From assembly GCA_048268245.1 (NCBI GenBank), contig JBLWVX010000048.1, positions 1 through 14,698 of the forward strand: 14,698 nucleotides of DNA, given 5' to 3'. The notes below the pieces were generated by a model. It did not search any database. It saw nothing but the letters and a program-made list of their open reading frames with translations, and had not been told where the DNA came from. The position numbers and the translations under genes are program-made. How positions within the stretch are numbered: position 1 is the first letter of the stretch; every line of letters begins with the position of its first letter. Shown piece by piece: positions 1 to 7,300 of this stretch. This stretch comes from Arcobacteraceae bacterium. Its GTDB lineage: Bacteria; Campylobacterota; Campylobacteria; Campylobacterales; Arcobacteraceae.

Positions 1-323
1 GGGGGACATATACTGTATTAGAAGAGACAGCAGGATATAAGATAAAAAGAATAGAAGTAAAACCAGGGAAACGATTATCTTTGCAAAAACACTTTCATAG
101 AAATGAACACTGGATAGTAGTAAGTGGAACAGCAACAGTAACAGTAGGAAATACTACGAAATATGTAAGACCAAATGAATCAACATATATAAAAATGGGT
201 GAAGTACATAGATTAGAGAATGAAGGGAAAATACCAGTAGTACTTATTGAAGCACAGGTTGGTGAGTATACTGGTGAAGATGATATTGTTCGTATTGATG
301 ATGATTTTATGAGAAATACATAA
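1..323 (+). CDS. manC: Mannose-1-phosphate guanylyltransferase / mannose-6-phosphate isomerase, C-terminal cupin domain (5'-truncated by the window)
   Basis: The frame is open from base 3: GTYTVLEETAGYKIKRIEVKPGKRLSLQKHFHRNEHWIVVSGTA...ESTYI...HRLENEGKIPVVLIEAQVGEYTGEDDIVR. This matches the type II PMI/GMP C-terminal motifs (KRIxVKPGxxLSLQxHxHRxEHW, EDDIVR). The TTG at 81 in the ORF track is internal, not the start. Confidence 0.95.
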   Translation, partial: GTYTVLEETAGYKIKRIEVKPGKRLSLQKHFHRNEHWIVVSGTATVTVGNTTKYVRPNESTYIKMGEVHRLENEGKIPVVLIEAQVGEYTGEDDIVRIDDDFMRNT

Positions 324-344
324 TAAAACTTTATAACTTTTTTA

Positions 345-373
345 GTTAAAATTATATAATAAAATAAAGGGAG
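345..373 (+). promoter_or_regulatory. Candidate sigma70 -10 element(s) and RBS for wza
   Basis: gtTAAAAT at 345-352 (gnTAnaAT-type extended -10) and TATAAT at 355-360 follow a T-rich tract. The SD-like AAGGGAG at 367-373 lies 5 nt before the ATG at 379. The AT-rich background makes -10 matches weak evidence; the RBS is firmer. Confidence 0.4.
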
Positions 374-378
374 AATTT

Positions 379-1170
379 ATGAAAAATAGTATACTTGTAG
401 TTATTTTATCTATTTTTATATTTAGTGGCTGTAGTATGAAAGAGTACAAACTTTTCCAAACTAAGGATGAAAAAAAAGATGAACTTTCAATAGTTTCACA
501 AGATGAATATGAAGAAGAAGTAGTATTTGAAAACATTATTGCTCCAAATGATAGAGTTGATATTACTGTTTATATTCAAGCAGGACAAGGAAGTCAACAA
601 ATGACTTCAATACTTACTAGTAGAGAAACAAATACAAGTCAACCAATGCAAGAAAACATTGGCCTTTTAGTAACTCAAAAAGGAACGGTTAGACTTCCTT
701 TACTAGGTAGTGTAAATGTAGCTGGATATACACAAGACGAAGCTTCAGAAATGCTTATTAAAAAATATAAAAAATATATCAGAAATCCATATGTACTTGT
801 AGAGATAAAAAACCAAAGAGTTATAGTAATAGGTGAAGTAAAACAACCAGGAATTGTTCCTGTAACAAATGGAACTATGAACGTTATCGAAGCAATAGCA
901 AGAACAGGTGACCTTACAGATTTAGCATCAAGATCAAACATAAAAGTTGTAAGAGGTGATTTAAGAAAGCCTCAAATTAGAAATATCGACCTTACAAATA
1001 TGTCTAGTTTAGCGGTTTCGAGTCTATATCTTAAACCAAATGATATTTTATATGTTCAACCTAGAAAACTTAAAGGTTATAATAAAGCCTTTGATGAAAT
1101 CAATCCATTTTGGAATATGTTATCTAGTATCCTAGATCCACTAAACCAAAGAAAAACTCTTATAGAGTAA
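379..1170 (+). CDS. wza: Polysaccharide export outer-membrane lipoprotein (OPX/Wza family)
   Basis: Lipoprotein signal peptide with lipobox FSGC. Poly_export motif (IAPNDRVDITV...VTQKGTVRLPLLGSVNVAGYT...YIRNPYV). SLBB domain (VIVIGEVKQPG...EAIARTGDL...LKPNDILYV). C-terminal amphipathic helix (FDEINPFWNMLSSIL). Directly upstream of wzc. Confidence 0.93.
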   Translation: MKNSILVVILSIFIFSGCSMKEYKLFQTKDEKKDELSIVSQDEYEEEVVFENIIAPNDRVDITVYIQAGQGSQQMTSILTSRETNTSQPMQENIGLLVTQKGTVRLPLLGSVNVAGYTQDEASEMLIKKYKKYIRNPYVLVEIKNQRVIVIGEVKQPGIVPVTNGTMNVIEAIARTGDLTDLASRSNIKVVRGDLRKPQIRNIDLTNMSSLAVSSLYLKPNDILYVQPRKLKGYNKAFDEINPFWNMLSSILDPLNQRKTLIE

Positions 1171-1186
1171 TAAAGGTATAAAAAGA

Positions 1187-3538
1187 ATGAATCAAACGAA
1201 CATCCAATACAATGACCAAATAGATTTAAAAGATGTTATAAAGACTATACTTAGATATAAGTGGTCTATTATTATTATCACGTTTATATTTACTTTTGGT
1301 AGTGCTATATTTGCATATATAAAACCAAGTATTTACTCTTCATCTGCAACTATTGAGCTTATGGAAGATAAAAAAAAGTCAGCAAGCCCTGCTGACTTTA
1401 TGCTTCAAGCTTTTGATGGTGGTGGAGCAAATGTAGATAATGAAATAGAAGTAATGAAGTCAAGATTTTTAGCACAAAAAGCTTTTAATCTTTTAAATTT
1501 AAAAACGAGATATTTCACTACTCATAATTTTAGAGAAATAGAACTATACAAAGACTCTCCTTTTGTTGTAAATAGCCACTTTTTAGATGATTTAGCTTAT
1601 AAAAAAGAGTTTATTTTAACACCAATAGATGAAAATAGTTTCAATTTAAAAATAGAACCTATTTCATCTTATTCACTAAAAGGTTTTCTTAAAAATTATG
1701 GAATTCTTCCTTTAGAAGCTCATGAAAAGATAGTTTACAACAAAAATCACAAGTATTCTGAAACTATAAACAACCCTTATTTTACCCTGAATATAAAAAA
1801 GATTCATGCTCTTAAAAACAAAGAGTATAGGTTTAGTTTTATGACCAATAGAGAGCTTTATAAGTTTTATAGAGAAAATATATCTGTATCACAAGTGTCA
1901 AAAAAAGCTACAATTTTAAAACTTAGCTTTCAAGACACTTCTTCACTTAGAGCAAAAGAGATTTTAAATGCTGTTCATCAAGCTTATATGAATCAAGAGA
2001 TTGAACAAAAAACAAAAGAAGCAAACCTTACCTTAGGATTTATAGATAGACAACTTGATTCAATAAATGTAAGACTTAAAAAATCAGAGACTAAACTTGA
2101 AGACTTTAAAGAAAAAAATCAAGTAGTTGGACTTGGAGAACAAGCCATAAAAACTACTGAACAGTTAAGTGAGTATGAAGCAAAACTTGAAGAAATGCAA
2201 ACAGAAATAACAATCTTGTCAAATTTACAACAATACATAAAGTCAAACCAAAACCTTACAGGTCTTACTATTGGTTCTGTAAATTTTGCAGACCCTGCAC
2301 TTGGTACTTTAGTAAATAGATTACAAGAAGAAGCTACAAGAAAGTCTACTTTACTTGTTGATTATACTGAGTTACACCCTGATGTACAAAAAGTTAGTCA
2401 AAATATATCTAGTCTAAAAAGATCTATAAAAGCAGCTCTTAGAAATAATCTAAGACAATTAAATCAAAGAAAACAGTCTTTACAAAATGTAATTGCTAAG
2501 TTCAACAAATCAATTGCTTCTTTACCAAAACAAGAAAGAGAATTGTCAAGACTTACAAGATACTACAGTATTGATGAAAAGATTTATTCTTTTTTACTAG
2601 AGAAAAAAGCAGAAACTGCCATACTTAAATCTTCAACTATTTCAAATTCAAGACTACTTGATAATGCAGTACAAAACCCTCTTCCTATAAAACCAAAAAG
2701 AAAACTTATTGTTTTAGTTGGTCTAATTTTAGGTCTTATTGTTGGATTAGCATTAGCATTTTTAAGAGAGTTTTTTAACAATACGGTTAAAAACTCTGAC
2801 GAAGTTGAAAAGCTTTGTAGTATACCTTTATATGGTATCATACCTCAAAATAAAAATAAAAAAACTACTAAGCTAGTAGATGAAGCATATAGAGCTATTA
2901 GAACAAATTTACAATTTTTACCAAAGCATGAAAGTAGTGAAATCATAGCTATTACTTCTTCTGTATCAGGAGAAGGTAAAACTACTATTGCAGCAAATTT
3001 AGCAAAAATCATAGCTCAAACAAATAAAAAAGTTGTTGTTTTAGACTTAGACTTAAGAAAAGCAAGTTTACATAAAGAGTTTAACATTCCTAATAATATA
3101 GGTATTAGTAACTACCTTACAAAGCAAAATAGTTTGGAAGAAGTTCTTCATCATGATGAAAATACAAATGTTGATATCATCACAACAGGGACACTTCCTC
3201 CAAACCCATCTGAATTAATACTTACTGATAATATGAAAGAGTTTATAGAAATTCTAAAAGAAAAATATGATTATATTATCTTTGATACTCCACCAGTTGG
3301 GTTAGTAACAGATGCAATGATTCTTATGAATTATGCCGATATATCTTTTGTAGTAGCGCGTGCATCTTACACGAGAAAAGAGTTTGTTAAAAATCTTGAT
3401 AGATTAAGTAAAGAGCATACACAAAACACATTTGGAATGATTTTAAATGGCGTTGAAATTGGTGAGAAATATGGCTATGGCTATGGTTCAAACTATGGAT
3501 ACGGTTATGGAAATGACAAGTATTATAAAAATAGGTAG
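1187..3538 (+). CDS. wzc: Polysaccharide co-polymerase / bacterial tyrosine kinase (Wzc, PCP-2a)
   Basis: Two TM helices (WSIIIITFIFTFGSAIFAYI; LIVLVGLILGLIVGLALAFL) flank a periplasmic coiled-coil region. Motifs: EAYRAIRTNL (ExxRxxR), Walker A SSVSGEGKTT, Walker A' VVVLDLDLRK, Walker B IIFDTPP, and a C-terminal Tyr cluster KYGYGYGSNYGYGYGNDKYY. Confidence 0.97.
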   Translation: MNQTNIQYNDQIDLKDVIKTILRYKWSIIIITFIFTFGSAIFAYIKPSIYSSSATIELMEDKKKSASPADFMLQAFDGGGANVDNEIEVMKSRFLAQKAFNLLNLKTRYFTTHNFREIELYKDSPFVVNSHFLDDLAYKKEFILTPIDENSFNLKIEPISSYSLKGFLKNYGILPLEAHEKIVYNKNHKYSETINNPYFTLNIKKIHALKNKEYRFSFMTNRELYKFYRENISVSQVSKKATILKLSFQDTSSLRAKEILNAVHQAYMNQEIEQKTKEANLTLGFIDRQLDSINVRLKKSETKLEDFKEKNQVVGLGEQAIKTTEQLSEYEAKLEEMQTEITILSNLQQYIKSNQNLTGLTIGSVNFADPALGTLVNRLQEEATRKSTLLVDYTELHPDVQKVSQNISSLKRSIKAALRNNLRQLNQRKQSLQNVIAKFNKSIASLPKQERELSRLTRYYSIDEKIYSFLLEKKAETAILKSSTISNSRLLDNAVQNPLPIKPKRKLIVLVGLILGLIVGLALAFLREFFNNTVKNSDEVEKLCSIPLYGIIPQNKNKKTTKLVDEAYRAIRTNLQFLPKHESSEIIAITSSVSGEGKTTIAANLAKIIAQTNKKVVVLDLDLRKASLHKEFNIPNNIGISNYLTKQNSLEEVLHHDENTNVDIITTGTLPPNPSELILTDNMKEFIEILKEKYDYIIFDTPPVGLVTDAMILMNYADISFVVARASYTRKEFVKNLDRLSKEHTQNTFGMILNGVEIGEKYGYGYGSNYGYGYGNDKYYKNR

Positions 3539-3561
3539 AAGTTTAACTTCTACTCTATTTT
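3527..3561. terminator. Probable bidirectional intrinsic terminator between convergent wzc and phosphatase genes
   Basis: aaaaatag-GTAGAAGT-tta-ACTTCTAC-t-ctatttt: an 8-bp core stem (3535-3542/3546-3553), extended by atag/ctat across a 1-nt bulge, with an A-tract on the left and a T-tract on the right. It sits between the two stop codons. Confidence 0.7.
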
Positions 3562-4300
3562 ATAAATATATATTTTTTATCTCATTTTTCTCTTCTATTT
3601 TTCTAAAAATCTTACTATTTATACTATCTTTTAAAGCATCTACATAATTTGGTCTATGAGTGTCACTTCCTACAAAATCTACCAAACCATTGTTTATTAG
3701 ATATTCAACTGCTTTTTTTGCTTTTTTACCATAGAAGTTATTAGTTGAGTTTACATTTATTTGAAAACTTAAACCTGCTTCTTTTATTTGATTATATTTC
3801 TCTAAGTTCTGTGAGAAGTATGTATATCTTTCAGGATGGGCAAGTACAGGTTTATAACCTGCTTTTAAAAGTTCATATATAGTCTGTTCTATTCCAAATA
3901 CAGGAGTAGTATAAGATAGTTCAAAAAGGATATAACTATCTCCAAAAGTTAAAAGCTCTTTATTTTTGATAAGCTCAAAAAAGTGTTCATCATAGTAATA
4001 CTCACTTGCTACTTCTAAACATATATCAATATTTTGTTTTGAAACTTCTTCTTTTAAAAGTTCAAAACTTCTTAAAATATCATCTTTTGAGTTAGGAAAC
4101 CTATGAGACATAGTATGTGGTGTAGTAATCAGTTTTTTGAAACCTAAATTTTTAAGCTCTTTAATCATTTCTATACTTTGGGTCATTGATTTTGAACCGT
4201 CATCAATTTCAGGAATTAAATGAGAGTGTAAATCAGTTGTGTAAAAATCTGGAACTTTTTTCTGTTTATTTGAAAAAGTTTTTAGTAAATTTGAAAACAA
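3560..4300 (-). CDS. cpsB: PHP-family Mn-dependent protein-tyrosine phosphatase (CpsB/CapC/YwqE type)
   Basis: Metal-binding motifs TDLHSHLIPEIDDGS, LITTPH, LFEL, PVLAHPERY and FVGSDTH. TTG start at 4300 with AAGGA RBS (4310-4306) 5 nt upstream. Adjacent to wzc. The symbol is used in the streptococcal CpsB phosphatase sense. Confidence 0.93.
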   Translation of the reverse strand: MFSNLLKTFSNKQKKVPDFYTTDLHSHLIPEIDDGSKSMTQSIEMIKELKNLGFKKLITTPHTMSHRFPNSKDDILRSFELLKEEVSKQNIDICLEVASEYYYDEHFFELIKNKELLTFGDSYILFELSYTTPVFGIEQTIYELLKAGYKPVLAHPERYTYFSQNLEKYNQIKEAGLSFQINVNSTNNFYGKKAKKAVEYLINNGLVDFVGSDTHRPNYVDALKDSINSKIFRKIEEKNEIKNIYL

Positions 4301-4312
4301 TATTTTCCTTTT

Positions 4313-4345
4313 TATAATAACTAGGAGTTTCTCCTAGTTATTATA
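4313..4345. terminator. Perfect 15-bp inverted repeat with a 3-nt loop; terminator-like or regulatory hairpin after the adhesin stop codon
   Basis: TATAATAACTAGGAG-ttt-CTCCTAGTTATTATA (arms 4313-4327 and 4331-4345). The right arm overlaps the adhesin TAA at 4343-4341. On the - strand the GC-containing core stem is followed by an imperfect U-tail (UUAUUAU). The palindrome is certain; its function is inferred. Confidence 0.6.
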
Positions 4346-7300
4346 TAATTTCTACGTTTACATTCTCTTCAATTAGAAGTCTAACACTCTCATCTGAAGC
4401 TGAAGTATAGATATTAAACCCTTCTTCATCTTTTGCTGGAGTTGTAGTTAGATTTCCTCGCTCATCTTTTACAAACTGTTGAGACCAGTTATCTAAAGCA
4501 TTTAGTTTTATAGTATCTGCTTCATCTCCAAATACTCTTAAAGTGTTATCATCATCAGTTAATGATATGAAGTCAGTAATTGATAAGTTATTTAAAATAT
4601 GCTCACCAGAGTCTAAATTAACCTCATCAAGTTCACCTGCAATAGCAGAAGATAAAAGAGCAGACATATCTACATTTTCAATATCAGGAGTATAAATATC
4701 TTCTTTATCTATACTTACTGTTACTTCTTCTGGATTACTTGATGTACCATTTTGATCTATAATTATATACTGGAAACTAACTTCTATATCACTTGATGCA
4801 TCTACATTTTCAAATGCTGGGTTAGTAATATTATAACTTCCATCTGGGTTTACAACTACATTAGTTCCTGCTAATGATGTTTCATTTCCTAAAGCATCTA
4901 TAACAATTGTTTCAATCACAGTAGCTGGAGCTATAGAGTAAGCAAATACATTATCACTTAAATCACTATCAGCTGTTAAATTTGTAATAATATCTTCTGT
5001 TAAATCATTTACAAAATCTTCTCTAGCTTCTTGTTCTATTAAACTTGCACTTAATCCCATTTGCTCTAAAGCACTAACTAGAATTGAGTGTTTTATAGCA
5101 TCAATATCTACAATATTTTCTTGCTCAATATAAAGTTTTAAAATGTCTTTGAACATATCATCAAGTTTTGGAGATATTTCATCACCAAATAGCGCCTTTA
5201 ACTGAGTTTCATATGCTGTAAGTTGTACAGCAAAATCTGTTTCAACTTTTGAGTAAATAAAGTCAATAACTGCACTATTTAACTCTTCTTGAGTCATAGT
5301 AAAGTTTGAATCAATTTCATCTCTTAAATCTGAGATAGCAGTATCTAACTCAGTTTGAATCATACTGCTAATTGAATCAGGATTTGCCAATGCTGTTTGT
5401 AAAGGTAAAGCACTGATAGTTTCGATTACATTATTTTTTATAGTTGTAAATTGTGTAAAGTCAACGCTAGAGAAATCAATACCTAAATCATTTACAGGGT
5501 TTGTAAAGTCACTTAAAATTGAAGCCTCACTTATAGTTGAAACAGAAGCGATTAAAGCTGCTGCTGATGCTGTAAGTTCTACTGGTAAGTTATCTTGGAT
5601 GATTTCTTCAATTGATAATCCAAATGTAACAATCACATTTTGAATTAAATCTTGTGCAGCTGTATTTAAATCAAACCCAGGGTTTAATGCACTTGACATA
5701 AGTTGAGTAACTGCTGTTTGAGTTGAACCAAACTTTGCTACGTAATCACCAAATGTATAATCAGTAGGATCAACACCTAATGAATCTAGTAATGTTTGAG
5801 TAAATGTAGTTGGGAAGTTTGTAATCTCACTTTGTAACGAATTTACTTCCGTTTGTAGTGCTGACTCAATAGCTAATAAATCAGCAGCTGTTACACTTGC
5901 ATCATATATAATAAACAGACTTGAACTAAACTCTGTAAGAATTTCTTCTTGTGTTTTTTTCTCAGTTGTACTACCTTCTTTAAATGGAGGGTTTTTAATA
6001 TCAGCTAATAATTGATTTACAGCAGCTGTTAATTCTACTGTATTATCTGCATTATCTAATTGTACTTCAATTTTTTCAACAATATCAGAAGGTAAAGAGT
6101 TTATTAATCCAGTTAAATTTGCTTGAATTGTTGTAATACTTGCTTGAATTGCTACTAAATCTTCAGGTCTCACAGATGAATCAAATAGAGTAAATAAATC
6201 TAAACCAAACTCTTCAATAATTTTTTCTTGTGTTTTTGGTAAGTTAGTATCTACATCAACTGGAGGATTTTCAATATCAACTAATAACTGCCCTACTTTT
6301 AATGTAAGTTCTGATGTATGAGAGAAGTCATCAATTTGAACTTCAATAGCTGTTACTATACTTGCTGGTAATGCATCGATTTTTGCTTGTATTGTATTAG
6401 CTATATCACTTTGAATAGTTGTAATACTTCCTTGGATTGCTACTAAATCATCAGGTGTTACAGATGAGTTATATACCGTAAACAAACTATTTACAAACTG
6501 TTCAGTTGTAATTGTTTTATTTATAAGTAATCCAATTTGAGTATCAAGAGCATTTGTTTGTGTTGTATCACCTATAATAGTCTCAATACTATTTCTAACA
6601 TCAAGTAATAATTGATTAGTTAAAGTATCAATTACTAGCAACTCTTGACCTGCTGCAGCTAATGCAAGATTTATAGGTGAAGTTGGAGTTTGTAAATCTA
6701 CTGGTGTGATAAAAGTTCCTGCATTCATATAAGCAGTAACAACATCTTGTGCAAAAGTTTCAGTAGCATTTGGCATTCCTACTTCTAAATTTAATAAATA
6801 ATTCATTACTGCTTCTTGTAATCCTCCCATATCAACAGGCGCTGGGAAAGTAGTCATAATAGCATTAATCATATTTTGAGGTAAAGCTGTTTTTGCATTA
6901 GAGATATCTGTTTCAAATGTAGTAATTTTTGGTGTAATACTTAATTGAATTGCAGCTAAATCTGTAGGTGTAACACTTGCATTGAATAATGTGAATAAAT
7001 CATTTCCAAATGCTTCTAGTTGTGTTGCTTGTGTAGCTGGGTTATTTTCAATTCCACTTATTAGATTTGTAACTGCAATAGTTAATTCAGAGTTTTTACT
7101 TGTATCTCCTATTTGTGTTTCAATTGCTGATACAATTTGAGGTACAACTTTTCCAGCTTCTGTTAATATATCTTGTTCTAAAGTTTGCTGTAAAGTTGTA
7201 AAGTTACCTTTGATTACTTCTAAATCTGCAAGTGATACACTTGCATCAAAAGTTGTAAATAGAGTTGTTGCAAAAGTTGATAATAAAACTTCTTGGTTTG

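Noticed and set aside
81..323. 80-aa ORF starting at TTG 81 as a standalone gene
   Set aside because: The frame is open to the window start and continues the ManC motifs, so it is the tail of a longer gene.
342..941. Minus-strand ORFs 342-536 and 675-941
   Set aside because: Antisense shadows of wza with S/F/I-biased composition and no recognisable motifs.
470..1377. A8 homopolymers at 470-477 (wza) and 1370-1377 (wzc) as phase-variation tracts
   Set aside because: Expected from Lys/Glu codons in an AT-rich genome. Both genes are in frame, and there is no long poly-G/C tract of the kind typical of Campylobacterota contingency loci.
2584..2841. 85-aa minus-strand ORF
   Set aside because: Antisense to the well-supported wzc, with no independent evidence.
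3470..3511. tatggc/tatgg short tandem repeat
   Set aside because: Fully explained by the Wzc YG tyrosine cluster.
3447..3647. 66-aa plus-strand ORF spanning the wzc/phosphatase junction
   Set aside because: It overlaps two real genes and crosses the terminator hairpin. Its MAMAM pattern is simply the shifted frame of the YGYGYG cluster.
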